Shown here: positions 1-29,331 of the stretch, piece after piece
How the letters are laid out: each line of letters opens with the position of its first letter
Numbering within the stretch: the first letter of the stretch is position 1
Source of the DNA: Dendrobates tinctorius
Lineage: Eukaryota
Reading direction: 5' to 3'
Assembly: GCF_039654945.1 (NCBI RefSeq)
Contig: NW_027361924.1
Span: 10,540,001 to 10,604,000 of the forward strand
DNA: 64,000 bases
Program-made: the position numbers and the translations under genes
Notes under the pieces: model-generated
Seen by the model: only the letters and a program-made list of their open reading frames with translations
Told to the model about the DNA's origin: nothing
The model's database searches: none

Positions 1-3000
1 ACTCAGGATCAGTAATGTAATGTATGTACACAGTGACTGCACCAGCAGAATAGTGAGTGCAGCTCTGGGGTATAATACAGGAGGTAACTCAGGATCAGTA
101 ATGTAATGTATGTACACAGTGACTGCACCAGCAGAATAGTGAGTGCAACTCTGGAGTATAATACAGGAAGTAACTCAGGATCAGTAATGTAATGTATGCA
201 CACAGTGACTGCACCAGCAGAATAGTGAGTGCAGCTCTGGAGTATAATACAGGATGTAACTCAGGATCAGTAATGTAATGTATGTACCCAGTGACTGCAC
301 CAGCAGAATAGTGAGTGCAGCTCTGGGGTATAATACAGGATGTAACTCAGGATCAGTAATGTAATGTAAGTACACAGTGACTGCACCAGTAGAATAGTGA
401 GTGCAGCTCTGGAGTATAATACAGGATGTAACTCAGGATCAGTAATGTAATGTATGTACACAGTGACTGCACCAGCAGAATAGTGAGTGCAGCTCTGGAG
501 TATAATACAGGAGGTAACTCAGGATCAGTAATGTAATGTATGTACACAGTGACTGCACCAGCAGAATAGTGAGTGCAGCTCTGGGATATAATATAGGAAG
601 TAACTCAGGATCAGTAATGTATGTACACAGTGACTGCACCAGCAGAATAGTGAGTGCAGCTCTGGAGTATAATACAGGAGGTAACTCAGGATCAGTAATG
701 TAATGTATGTACACAGTGACTGCACCAGCAGAATAGTGAGTGCAGCACTGGAGTATAATACAGGATGTAACTCAGGATCAGTAATGTAATGTATGTACAC
801 AGCGACTGCACCAGCAGAATAGTGAGTGCAGCTCTTGGGTATAATACAGGATGTAACTCAGGATCAGTAATGTAATGTATGTACACAGTGACTGCACCAG
901 CAGAATAGTGAGTGCAGCTCTGGGGTATAATACAGGATGTAACTAAGGATCAGTAATGTAATGCATGTACACAGTGACTGCACCAGCAGAATAGTGAGTG
1001 CAGCTCTGGAGTATAATACAGGAGGTAACTCAGGATCAGTAATGTAATGTATGTACACAGTGACTGCACCAGCAGAATAGTGAGTGCAGCTCTGGGGTAT
1101 AATACAGGATGTAACTCAGGATCAGTAATGTATGTACACAGTGACTGCACCAGCAGAATAGTGAGTGCAGCTCTGGAGTATAATACAGGATGTAACTCAG
1201 GATCAGTAATGTAATGTATGTACACGGTGACTGCACCAGCAGAATAGTGAGTGCAGCTCTGGGGTATAATACAGGATGTAACTCAGGATCAGTAATGTAA
1301 TGTATGTACACGGTGACTGCACCAGCAGAATAATGAGTGCAGCTCTGGGGTATAATACAGGATGTAACTCAGGATCAGTAATGTAATGTATGTACACAGT
1401 GACTGCACCAGCAGAATAGTGAGTGCAGCTCTGGAGTATAATACAGGATGTAACTCAGGATCAGTAATGTAATGTATGTACACAGTGACTGCACCAGCAG
1501 AATAGTGAGTGCAGCTCTGGAGTATAATACAGGAGGTAACTCAGGATCAGTAATGTAATGTATGTACACAGTGACTGCACCAGCAGAATAGTGAGTGCAG
1601 CTCTGGAGTATAATACAGGAGGTAACTCAGGATCAGTAATGTAATGTATGTACACAGTGACTGCACCAGCAGAATAGTGAGTGCAGCTCTGGGGTATAAA
1701 ACAGGATGTAACTCAGGATCAGTAATGTAATGTATGTACACAGTGACTGCACCAGCAGAATAGTGAGTGCAGCTCTGGAGTATAATACAGGAGGTAACTC
1801 AGGATCAGTAATGTAATGTATGTACACAGTGACTGCACCAGCAGAATAGTGAGTGCAGCTCTGGAGTATAATACAGGAGGTAACTCAGGATCAGTAATGT
1901 AATGTATGTACACAGTGACTGCACCAGCAGAATAGTGAGTGCAGCTCTGGAGTATAATACAGGAGGTAACTCAGGATCAGTAATGTAATGTACACAGTGA
2001 CTGCACCAGCAGAATAGTGAGTGCAGCTCTGGGGTATAATACAGGATGTAACTCAGGATCAGTAATGTAATGTATGTACACAGTGACTGCACTAGCAGAA
2101 TAGTGAGTGCAGCTCTGGAGTATAATACAGGAGGTAACTCAGGATCAGTAGTGTAATGTATGTACACAGTGACTGCACCAGCAGAATAGTGAGTGCAGCT
2201 CTGGAGTATAATACAGGAGGTAACTCAGGATCAGTAATGTAATGTACACAGTGACTGCACCAGCAGAATAGTGAGTGCAGCTCTGGGGTATAATACAGGA
2301 TGTAACTCAGGATCAGTAATGTAATGTATGTACACAGTGACTGCACTAGCAGAATAGTGAGAGCAGCTCTGGAGTATAATACAGGAGGTAACTCAGGATC
2401 AGTAGTGTAATGTATGTACACAGTGACTGCACCAGCAGAATAGTGAGTGCAGCTCTGGGGTATAATACAGGATGTAACTCATGATCAGTAATGTAATGTA
2501 TGTACACAGTGACTGCACCAGCAGAATAGTGAGGGCAGCTCTGGGGTATAATACAGGATGTAACTCAGGATCAGTAATATAATGTATGTACACAGTGACT
2601 GCACCAGCAGAATAGTGAGTGCAGCTCTGGGGTATAATACAGGAGGTAACTCAGGATCAGTAATGTAATGTATGTACACAGGGACTGCACCAGCAGAATA
2701 GTGATTGCAGCTCTGGAGTATAATACAGGATGTAACTCAGGATCAGTAATGTAATGTATGTACACAGTGACTGCACCAGCAGAATAGTGAGTGCAGCTCT
2801 GGGGTATAATACAGGATGTAACTCAGGATCAGTAATGTAATGTATGTACACAGTGACTGCACTAGCAGAATAGTGAGTGCAGCTCTGGAGTATAATACAG
2901 GAGGTAACTCAGGATCAGTAATGTAATGTATGTACACAGTGACTGCACCAGCAGAATAGTGAGTGCAGCTCTGGGGTATAATACAGGAGGTAACTCAGGA

Positions 3001-6000
3001 TCAGTAATGTAATGTATGTACACAGGGACTGCACCAGCAGAATAGTGAGTGCAGCTCTGGAGTATAATACAGGATGTAACTCAGGATCAGTAATGTAATG
3101 TATGTACACAGTGACTGCACCAGCAGAATAGTGAGTGCAGCTCTGGGGTATAATACAGGATGTAACTCAGGATCAGTAATGTAATGTACGTACATAGTGA
3201 CTGCACCAGCAGAATAGTGAGTGCAGCTCTGGAGTATAATACAGGATGTAACTCAGGATCAGTAATGTAATGTATGTACACAGTGACTGCACCAGCAGAA
3301 TAGTGAGTGCAGCTCTGGAGTATAATACAGGATGTAACTCAGGATCAGTAATGTATGTACACAGTGACTGCACCAGCAGAATAGTGAGTGGAGCTCTGGG
3401 GTATAATACAGGATGTAACTCAGGACCAGTAATGTAATGTATGTACACAGTGACTGCACCAGCAGAATAGTGAGTGCAGCTCTGGGGTATAATACAGGAT
3501 GTAACTCAGGATCAGTAATGTATGTGCACAGTGACTGCACCAGCAGAATAGTGAGTGCAGCTCTGGGGTATAATACAGGAGGTAACTCAGGATCAGTAAT
3601 GTAATGTATGTACACAGTGACTTCACCAGCAGAATAATGAGCACAGCTCTGGAGTATAATACAGGATGTAACTCAGGATCAGTAATGTAATGTATGTACA
3701 CAGTGACTGCACCAGCAGAATAGTGAGTGCAGCTCTGGAGTATAATACAGGAGGTAACTCAGGATCAGTAATGTATGTACACAGTGACTGCACCAGCAGA
3801 ATAGTGAGTGCAGCTCTGGGGTATAATACAGGATGTAACTCAGGATCAGTAATGTAATGTATGTACACAGTGACTGCACCAGCAGAATAGTGAGTGCAGC
3901 TCTGGGGTATAATACAGGATGTAACTCAGGATCAGTAATGTATGTACACAGTGACTGCACCAGCAGAATAGTGAGTGCAGCTCTGGGGTATAATACAGGA
4001 TGTAACTCAGGATCAGTATTGTAATGTATGTACACAGTGACTGCACCAGCAGAATATTGAGTGCAGCTCTGGGGTATAATACAGGATGTAATTCAGGATC
4101 AGTAATGTAATGTATGTACACAGTAACTGCACCAGCAGAATAGTGAGTGCAGCTCTGAGGTATAATACAGGATGTAACTCAGGATCAGTAATGTATGTAC
4201 ACAGTGACTGCACCAGCAGAATAGTGAGTGCAGCTCTGGAGTATAATACAGGATGTAACTCAGGATCAGTAATGTAATGTACACAGTGACTCCACCAGCA
4301 GAATAGTGAGTGCAGCTCTGGGGTATAATACAGGATGTAACCCAGGATCAGTAATGTAATGTATGTACACAGTGACTGCACCAGCAGAATAGTGAGTGCA
4401 GCTCTGGAATATAATACAGGATGTAACTCAGGATCAGTAATGTAATGTATGTACACAGTGACTGCACCAGTAGAATAGTGAGTGCAGCTCTGGGGTATAA
4501 TACAGGATGTAACTCAGGATCAGTAATGTAATGTTTGTACACAGTGACTGCACCAGCAGAATAGTGAGTGCAGCTCTGGGGTATAATACAGGATGTAACT
4601 CAGGATCAGTATTGTAATGTATGTACACAGTGACTGCACCAGCAGAATAGTGAGTGCAGCTCTGGGGTATAATACAGGATGTAACTCAGGATCAGTAATG
4701 TAATGTATGTACACAGTGACTGCACCAGCAGAATAGTGAGTGCAGCTCTGGAGTATAATACAGGATGTAACTCAGGATCAGTAATGTAATGTATGTACAC
4801 AGTGACTGCACCAGCAGAATAGTGAGTGCAGCTCTGGAGTATAATACAGGATGTAACTCAGGATCAGTAATGTAATGTATGTACACATTGACTGCACCAG
4901 CAGAATAGTGAGTGCAGCTCTGGGGTATAATACAGGATGTAACTCAGGATCAGTAATGTATGTACACAGTGACTGCACCAGCAGAATAGTGAGTGCAGCT
5001 CTGGAGTATAATACAGGATGTAACTCAGGATCAGTAATGTAATGTATGTACACGGTGACTGCACCAGTAGAATAGTGAGCGCAGCTCTGGGGTATAATAC
5101 AGGATGTAACTCAGGATATGTAATGTATGTACACAGTGACTGCACCAGCAGAATGGTGAGTGCAGCTCTGGAGTGTAATACAGGATGTAACTCAGGATCA
5201 GTAATGTAATGTATCTGCACAGTGACTGCACCAGCAGAATAGTGAGCGCAGCTCTGGGGTATAATACAGGATATAACTCAGGATCAGTAATGTAATGTAT
5301 GTGCACATTGACTGCACCAGCAGAATAGTGAGTGCAGCTCTGGAGTATAATACAGGATGTAACTCAGGATCAGTAATGTATGTACACAGTGACTGCATCA
5401 GCAGAATAGTGAGTGCAGCTCTGGAGCATAATACAGGATGTAACTCAGGATCAGTAATGTATGTACACAGTGACTGCACCAGCAGAATAGTGAGTGCAGC
5501 TCTGGAGTATAATACAGGATGTAACTCAGGATCAGTAATGTAATGTATGTACACAGTGACTGCACCAGCAGAATAGTGAGTGCAGCTCTGGAGTATAATA
5601 CAGGAGGTAACTCAGGATCAGTAATGTAATGTATGTACACAGTGACTGCACCAGCAGAATAGTGAGTGCAGCTCTGGAGTATAATACAGGATGTAACTCA
5701 GGATCAGTAATGTATGCACACAGTGACTGCACCAGCAGAATAGTGAGTGCAGCTCTGGAGTATAATACAGGATGTAACTCAGGATCAGTAATGTAATGTA
5801 TGTACACAGTGACTGCACCAGCAGAATAGTGAGTGCAGCTCTGGGGTATAATACAGGAGGTAACTCAGGATCAGTAATGTAATGTATGTACACAGTGACT
5901 GCACCAGCAGAATAGTGAGTGCAGCTCTGGAGTATAATACAGGATGTAACTCAGGATCAGTAATGTAATGTATGTACACAGTGACTGCACCAGCAGAATA

Positions 6001-6052
6001 GTGCGTGCAGCTCTGGGGTATAATGCAGGATCAGTAATGTATGTACACGGTG
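1..6052. repeat. 86-bp satellite array (~70 units, with 81/82-bp variants), truncated by window start
   Basis: Unit actcaggatcagtaatgtaatgtatgtacacagtgactgcaccagcagaatagtgagtgcagctctgg(a/g)gtataatacagga(t/g)gta repeated head-to-tail. The ORF track recurs with an 86-bp offset. Confidence 0.97.
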
Positions 6053-6501
6053 ACGGTAGATGCCGGTGCTGTCAGCCCCTATGATCGGCAGCTGGTGAGT
6101 GGCAGCTTCGGGCTGCATTGTGCTGGCTGTGTCCGGCCGTGCTCTGGTCCTGGCTGACTTCTGTGTATATGACGCTGACATATAATAATGCTGTATCTGT
6201 TGTATATAACGTTTCTTGTATTTGCTTCTTGTCACCATAACAAAACTTCAACGAGTTTTACGAGTTTTCTCTCCGTGTTGCCCGGCGTTCCCAGACCGGT
6301 GTCGCCACTGTCCCCGTCCCTGGGTTCGGTGAGCCCACCCTTCTCCCCTTAGGGTCGGGGTCCTGCTCTGACTTTTTGTTCCAGGTAGAAGAGCAACTCC
6401 GGAGCACAAGCTGCTCCTTTTCCATTGAAGATACCAAGCAGGACTGTTCCTCAGATCACTCATCGTTTTATTTTTTCATCCCCAGATATATCAGTTTTGC
6501 G

Positions 6502-6586
6502 ATGGCAAGTGACCCTCCGCCTCCGTACCCCGGGGGTCCCACCGCTCCGCTGCTAGAGGACAAGCATGGATCTCACAGCAATGAAG
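6502..6586 (+). CDS. CDIP1: CDIP1 coding exon 1
   Basis: ATG at 6502, [28 protein letters not shown], donor AAG|gtaaat. Confidence 0.92.
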
Positions 6587-9500
6587 GTAAATCGTGGGCA
6601 TCGGCAGACCATGTACTACTCTCAGCTGAGGGTTTGTTACAGTTGGTATCCTCTGTGATGGCAGACTCAGGAAAGTAGAGAGATTGGCAGGAAGCAATTG
6701 TAACAAACCCTCCGCTGTGACATAAATTACATTAGAATGTATTAAAGGGGTTGTCTGAAATCCAAATGAATTTTCACCCTAAATCCTTATATTTTTAATC
6801 ACTATCCATAATCTTTCCCCGTCCCTAATCTACTCCTGTGCCTAATCTATCCCCTGTGTCTAATCTAGCCTTGTCCGTAATCTACCCCCTGTCCGTAATC
6901 TACTCCTTGTCCCTAATCCTGTCCCCTAATCCTTATCCCTGTCCCCTAATCCTTATCCCTGTCCCCTAATCCTTATCCCTGTCCCCTAATCCTTATCCCT
7001 GTCCCCTAATCCTTATCCCTGTCCCCTAATCCTTATCCCTGTCCCCTAATCCTTATCCCTGTCCCCTAATCCTTATCCCTGTCCCCTAATCCTTATCCCT
7101 GTCCCCTAATCCTTATCCCTGTCCCCTAATCCTTATCCCTGTCCCTAATCCTTATCCCTGTCCCCTAATCCTTATCCCTAATCCTTACCCCTGTCCCTAA
7201 TCCTTACCCCTGTCCCTAATCCTTACCCCTGTCCCTAATCCTTACCCCTGTCCCTAATCCTTACCCCTGTCCCTAATCCTTACCCCTGTCCCTAATCCTT
7301 ACCCCTGTCCCTAATCCTTACCCCTGTCCCCCTAATCCTTACCCCTGTCCCCCTTATCCTTACCCCTGTCCCCCTAATCCTTACCACTGTCCCCCTAATC
7401 CTTACCACTGTCCCCCTAATCCTTATCCCTGTCCCATAATCCTTATCCCTGTCCCCTAATCCTTATCCCTGTCCCCTAATCCTTATCCCTGTCCCCTAAT
7501 CCTTATCCCTAATCCTTACCCCTGTCCCCTAATCCTTACCCCTGTCCCCTAATCCTTACCCCTGTCCCCTAATCCTTACCCCTGTCCCCTAATCCTTACC
7601 CCTGTCCCCTAATCCTTACCCCTGTCCCCTAATCCTTACCCCTGTCCCCTAATCCTTACCCCTGTCCCCTAATCCTTACCCCTGTCCCCTAATCCTTATC
7701 CCTGTCCCTTAATCCTTATCCCTGTCCCTTAATCCTTATCCTTGTCCCTTAATCCTTATCCCTGTCCCTTAATCCTTATCCCTAATCCTTATCCCTGTCC
7801 CCTAATCCTTATCCCTGTCCCCAAATCCTTATCCCTGTCCCCTAATCCTTATCCCTGTCCCTTAATCCTTATCCTTAATCCTTATCCCTAATCCTTACCC
7901 CCTAATCCTTATCCCTGTCCCTTAATCCTTATCCCTGTCCCTTAATCCTTATCCCTGTCCCTTAATCCTTATCCCTAATCCTTACCCCTGTCCCTAATCC
8001 TTACCCCTGTCCCTAATCCTTACCCCTGTCCCTAATCCTTACCCCTGTCCCTAATCCTTACCCCTGTCCCTAATCCTTACCCCTGTCCCTAATCCTTACC
8101 CCTGTCCCTAATCCTTACCCCTGTCCCTAATCCTTACCCCTGTCCCTAATCCTTACCCCTGTCCCTAATCCTTACCCCTGTCCCTAATCCTTACCCCTGT
8201 CCCCCTAATCCTTACCCCTGTCCCCCTTATCCTTACCCCTGTCCCCCTAATCCTTACCACTGTCCCCCTAATCCTTATCCCTGTCCCATAATCCTTATCC
8301 CTGTCCCCTAATCCTTACCCCTGTCCCCTAATCCTTACCCCTGTCCCCTAATCCTTACCCCTGTCCCCTAATCCTTACCCCTGTCCCCTAATCCTTACCC
8401 CTGTCCCCTAATCCTTACCCCTGTCCCTTAATCCTTATCCCTGTCCCTTAATCCTTATCCCTGTCCCTTAATCCTTATCCCTGTCCCTTAATCCTTATCC
8501 CTGTCCCTTAATCCTTATCCTTGTCCCTTAATCCTTATCCTTGTCCCTTAATCCTTATCCCTGTCCCTTAATCCTTATCCCTAATCCTTATCCCTGTCCC
8601 CTAATCCTTATCCCTGTCCCCTAATCCTTATCCCTGTCCCCTAATCCTTATCCCTGTCCCTTAATCCTTATCCTTAATCCTTATCCCTAATCCTTACCCC
8701 TAATCCTTATCCCTGTCCCTTAATCCTTATCCCTGTCCCTTAATCCTTATCCCTGTCCCTTAATCCTTATCCCTAATCCTTACCCCTGTCCCTAATCCTT
8801 ACCCCTGTCCCTAATCCTTACCCCTGTCCCTAATCCTTACCCCTGTCCCCCTAATCCTTATCCCTGTCCCCTAATCCTTATCCCTGTCCCCTAATCCTTA
8901 TCCCTGTCCCCTAATCCTTATCCCTAATCCTTACCCTTATCCCTAATCCTTACCCCTGTCCCCCTAATCCTTACCCCTGTCCCCCTAATCCTTATCCCTG
9001 TCCCCTAATCCTTATCCCTGTCCCCTAATCCTTATCCCTGTCCCCTAATCCTTATCCCTGTCCCTTAATCCTTATCCTTAATCCTTATCCCTAATCCTTA
9101 CCCCTAATCCTTATCCCTGTCCCTTAATCCTTATCCCTGTCCCTTAATCCTTATCCCTGTCCCTTAATCCTTATCCCTAATCCTTACCCCTGTCCCTAAT
9201 CCTTACCCCTGTCCCTAATCCTTACCCCTGTCCCTAATCCTTACCCCTGTCCCCCTAATCCTTATCCCTGTCCCCTAATCCTTATCCCTGTCCCCTAATC
9301 CTTATCCCTGTCCCCTAATCCTTATCCCTAATCCTTACCCTTATCCCTAATCCTTACCCCTGTCCCCCTAATCCTTACCCCTGTCCCCCTAATCCTTATC
9401 CCTGTCCCCTGATCCTTATCCCTGTCCCCTAATCCTTATCCCTAATCCTTACCCCTGTCCCCTAATCCTTACCCCTGTCCCCTAATCCTTATCCCTGTCC

Positions 9501-10714
9501 CCTAATCCTTACCCCTGTCCCCTAATCCTTACCCCTGTCCCCTAATCCTTACCCCTGTCCCCCTAATCCTTATCCCTAATCCTTATCCCTGTCCCTAATC
9601 CTTATCCCTGTCCCCTAATCTTTATCCCTGCTCCCCTAATCCTTGTCCCTGTCCCTAATGTCTTTGTCCCTATCTAGATAGAGCTTTAGGGTGAAAATGA
9701 ATTTGGATTTCAGACCAATCCTTTATAAAGCGTTCTTCCCTCTCACTGGCAGCAGGGGGCGCTCACTAACCGTCTGCTGTTTCCTGCCCTTGTTACATCG
9801 TATGTGTTTTCTTGTTTAGTGCATAACAGACAACCTCCGGGGGCCTACCCTCCCAGCGTGCCGTTCGTCCCCCCGGATTCAGGACCCCCACCGTATGATG
9901 CAACTCCAGGTTACATCGCCCCCAACCCAGGTGAGAGAGATATGTGACACTGAGGAGCAGAGGGTGAAAAATGTGTGTCCGGGATGATCAGATGATCGCA
10001 GCCCTCACTGTGGTCATTCTCAGTACTGCAGTTCAACTGCTATTGACGTGAATGTGATCTGAGCTGCAGTACCAAGAGCGACCACTAATCAGGGTATGAC
10101 GCTGTGCTGACCTGTCCGCAGGTATTGGGACCCCCACGATTCTGAGAATGAAGGGGGGCAGTGCTAAATGAGGGCTGGGGGTCTGGTACTGGGACGATTT
10201 TCTGATCCTAGAAAGGGTATTAACTCTTTGTCCTCCTGCAGCTTACTACCCGCCCCCTGAACCTTACGGTCCCATGGGTTACTACCCACCCAGCACTTGC
10301 CAGTATCCTCAGCCGTTCCCGTCCCCTGGCGCACACGGCACCACCGTCGTCGTACCCCCCGGCGCCAGCTCAGCCTCCACCACTACGGTCACCGTTCTGC
10401 AGGGAGAAATATTTCAGGGGTCCCCGGTGCAGACGGTGTGCCCCCATTGCCAGCAGCCCATCCACACCAAAATCAGCCACGAGATTGGACTGATGAACTG
10501 CCTGCTGTGCTGCTTCTGCTGCTTCGTGGGGTAAGTGCGGGTGGGCCGTCGGGGCGGACGTTGTGTCAGGGGGCAGATTACATCATGGCTTCTCTGTTGC
10601 AGGTGTGACCTGGGCTGCTGTCTCATCCCCTTTATGATCAATGACCTTAAAGACGTGACCCACACCTGCCCCAACTGCAAGGCGTACATCTACACGTACA
10701 GGAGGATGGGCTAA
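6502..10714 (+). CDS. CDIP1: Cell death-inducing p53-target protein 1 (LITAF domain), 4 coding exons, 198 aa
   Basis: Exons 6502-6586, 9820-9930, 10242-10530, 10603-10714 (85+111+289+112=597 nt), all GT-AG and in frame. N-terminus [19 protein letters not shown]; LITAF CPHC...[10 protein letters not shown]...[17 protein letters not shown]. Confidence 0.95.
6746..9722. mobile_element. TTAA-targeting (T2/Kolobok-like) non-autonomous DNA transposon inflated by an internal satellite
   Basis: ~38-bp terminal inverted repeats AGGGGTTGTCTGAAATCCAAATGAATTTTCACCCTAAA / TTTAGGGTGAAAATGAATTTGGATTTCAGACCAATCCT, flanked by TTAA (6742-6745) and TTAT (9723-9726). Confidence 0.8.
6810..9672. repeat. 19-21-bp C-rich, telomere-like minisatellite (cctaatccttatccctgtcc)n
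   Basis: About 2.8 kb tandem array; most units contain CCCTAA (TTAGGG on the - strand); degenerate units at both edges. Confidence 0.95.
9820..9930 (+). CDS. CDIP1: CDIP1 coding exon 2
   Basis: tttag| ... |gtgaga; 111 bp, phase 1-1; proline-rich with PPPY ([13 protein letters not shown]). Confidence 0.88.
10242..10530 (+). CDS. CDIP1: CDIP1 coding exon 3
   Basis: ctgcag| ... |gtaagt; encodes [25 protein letters not shown]. Confidence 0.93.
10603..10714 (+). CDS. CDIP1: CDIP1 coding exon 4 (last)
   Basis: ttgcag|G TGT GAC CTG GGC...; [36 protein letters not shown]. Confidence 0.93.
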
Positions 10715-11214
10715 TGAGGATCCCCCCTGGGCACCACGTCTCCGGCCATCTCATCTCCGAGCCCCCCTCTCACCTCGCCCTCCGTCCGCACATCCACACG
10801 AGGAACTGCGAACTCTGGGACTGGCTACAATGAAGGAAGGAATCATGTGTGACTGCAGAGTGTCTCCCCCTGGTGGCCGATGCTGAGTACGACATGTAAA
10901 ATGCCTCATAATTGCCGGACCTCCATCGTGTCGCGTCCCGTGGCCTTTCTACCTGTGTGTGCCTGGCTTTGCCGCGCTCAGTAATGAAGTAGATTTTAGT
11001 TTGTGAATCCGTTAACTTTTCAAGCCCCGTTCTGGCTACCTCAGATATGAAGGCTTTCCGGTCTGTGAAGGATGAAAGGGGGGCGCTATGATTTACGCAT
11101 TGCCGTCACTTTCAATGTAGTGGGCTTGGATTTGATTTAGCTGCTATGAAGGGCTGTTATGTCATTAGACCGATAAGAGGCCCTAGTAATGCAAAGAGCC
11201 AATCAGAGTCTCCA

Positions 11215-11650
11215 TTCTAACAGGCTCCACCCTCTGGACTCTTCCTGGATAGTTAAGGACTTTAGTGTGTGTGAAGATCTAACAGCCTCCCCTCCCCGGA
11301 CTCTTCCTGGATAAGTAAGGAGTCCAGCTTGTGCTATGGTCCAACAGGCTCCACTCTCCTGACTTTTTCTGGATTGTTAAGGAGTCCAGTTTGTGCTATG
11401 ATCTAACAGGCTCCACCTTCCTGACTCTTACTGGATAGTTAAGGAGTCCAGCATGTGTTTTGATCTAACAGGCTCCACCCTCCTGACTCTTCCTGGATAG
11501 TTAAGGAGTCCAGCTTGTGCTATGATCTAACAGGCTCCGCCCTCCTGACTCTTCCTGGATAGTTAAGGAGTCCAGCTTGTGCTATAATCCAACAGGCTCC
11601 GCCCTCCTGACTCTTCCTGGATAGTTAAGGAGTCCAGCTTGTGCTATGAT
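11215..11650. repeat. 62-bp tandem repeat (~7 units) in probable CDIP1 3' UTR
   Basis: Unit tctaacaggctccaccctcctgactcttcctggatagttaaggagtccagcttgtgctatga; atctaa recurs at 11401, 11463, 11525. Confidence 0.9.
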
Positions 11651-13145
11651 TTTTCAGATAACAGCTGTAAGGGGTAGGCGGCTCAGTCACATTTAAAGGG
11701 ATAAAGGGCTTGACTCATCAAGACAGACGCTTTCATTAAATCAAAAAACCTCCAGCAGTGAACTGATCATCGTCTGCTCATGAAGCGTTTCTTGTTAGCA
11801 GGGGTCTCTGGGTTTTATGGGATAGGCTCTTCAATTTTTTTTTTTTTGCAAAAATCCAATTACTACAGCAGTGAATGAAGAAAAGTCAGGTGTGATTGTC
11901 GCCCCTTGAGCCGCAGCCTTGAGACAGGACTGGTGGTTACCCAGTTTACCCATAGAGACCAGTCTGGCCCGGGAGGGGCTCAGTGGCCCACCCTATGAAC
12001 CGTCCTATCCTGCAATTGGGTGATTAATCAGATTTTTTTGAGCTCCTGAAAGGATCCGTCCTGGTGCACTTATCCTTGGCGATTGTTAGTATCGTAACTG
12101 GAAATACTAAATATTTATTTTTTTGCTAAGAAACTAAAGTGACAAAACCTAAATCCCCCCCCCCCCCTCTTCCTGCAGCGCATGGCACTTTCCAGATGAG
12201 CCAGCATTCATCTCCTGCCTTGGTCCGTCCTTTCCTCTTTGGAATGTTCCATTTTGTTGCATCTTGCAGGGGTGACATGCCGATCTCATAGGGTCGTGTA
12301 ATCATTGTGTATATTTTACACCCCCCCGTTATCCTGTGCAGAATCCGGTTGAGATTCTCGGTGGGGGGGGGGGGACGCTGCGTTCGATTTTTCCACGTCT
12401 TTTTATATAGTGCATCTGTGAGAGCAGGGCGTGATGATTTTCTCAGGTTTGCCGATCTATAGCCACGTTTCAGGTTTGTGCATTTTTTTTTTTTTTGCAT
12501 AGAAGTTGTAATTGCTGCTGAACAGCTCAGAAGACAGGTAGCAGAGGTAGTGCATTCTGGGTGGCGGAGAGGGTCGCTGGGGCGGAGCCGCCTGTAGGAC
12601 GCGGCTGAGAAAATCATCCTGTGCCGACGCGCCATTGGTCCCCGCTCGTCTGCAGCGCTGACTTCATACACTCTAGCCCCAGCACCCAAGCTACTGACTG
12701 GCTGCAGCGGTCACATGGATGCGTGTGTCATTGATGCAGGTGGAGTTAGGGATTTTCTTTTTTTTAAGCTCCTATTTTGCCAGTTTAACCCTTCTGTGAC
12801 CTCCTCCCAGGCCGCACGCCTCGTAACTGTGAACATGGATGGGAAGTTGAAGCATTAAACCAGTAATGACCGGAGGTCTGTGTGTTGTAGTCATTCAGGT
12901 CTGTCTGGACCGGATGTGAATAGCGCCGTAGTGCAATGGCCGCCGATCTCCTAATCACTCTCCTGTTCCCCTCCGGGGGGCGCTGACACTGGAACACATC
13001 ACCCTCTGGCATCCAGAAGTGGCCTCGTTACCCATAGCAACCAAGGCTCATTTCTAGAGGTGGCTAGTGACAATAGTGGATCCGTGTATTTCCCCAGCAG
13101 TCCTCGCCTCTTACAATCCAGACACTAACATCAAAGTTCAGAATT

Positions 13146-13151
13146 TTTATT
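13146..13151 (-). terminator. Putative polyadenylation signal (AATAAA) of NMRAL1 copy A
   Basis: tttatt on + strand ~245 bp past the stop codon; retained at the equivalent site of copy C (54364-54369). Confidence 0.55.
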
Positions 13152-13395
13152 AGACAGAAATATAGAATCCTGGAGACCGTCGGCCTCGGGGGTTTCACAG
13201 TAATGGTCCCAACAACTAGGACAGTCTATCCAATCAGGTTACAGCTTTCATCTTCCACATGAAGTCTCAGGAGTGAGAGCTGGGTTCTGATTGGTTGCTA
13301 TGGTCAGAATACTCTCTCCCACCTGTCTCCATGCACTAGTTTTGCTAAAGCAGCCCCGATGTTTGTCTTTCCTCCATCGCATCTCACAAACAGCT

Positions 13396-29331
<15,936 letters not shown>

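Noticed and set aside
1-6052. Dozens of 64-147-aa ORFs (MYIHYITDPEL...) and a superficial CRISPR-like periodicity
   Set aside because: Translations of an 86-bp satellite; no unique spacers, no cas genes, eukaryotic context.
6810-9672. True interstitial telomere or chromosome fusion site
   Set aside because: No pure (TTAGGG)n runs or head-to-head inversion; it is a 20-bp unit bounded by transposon TIRs.
12126-12689. 187-aa - strand ORF between CDIP1 and NMRAL1-A
   Set aside because: No recognisable domain, crosses homopolymer runs, and is broken in the duplicated copy at 42693-43500.
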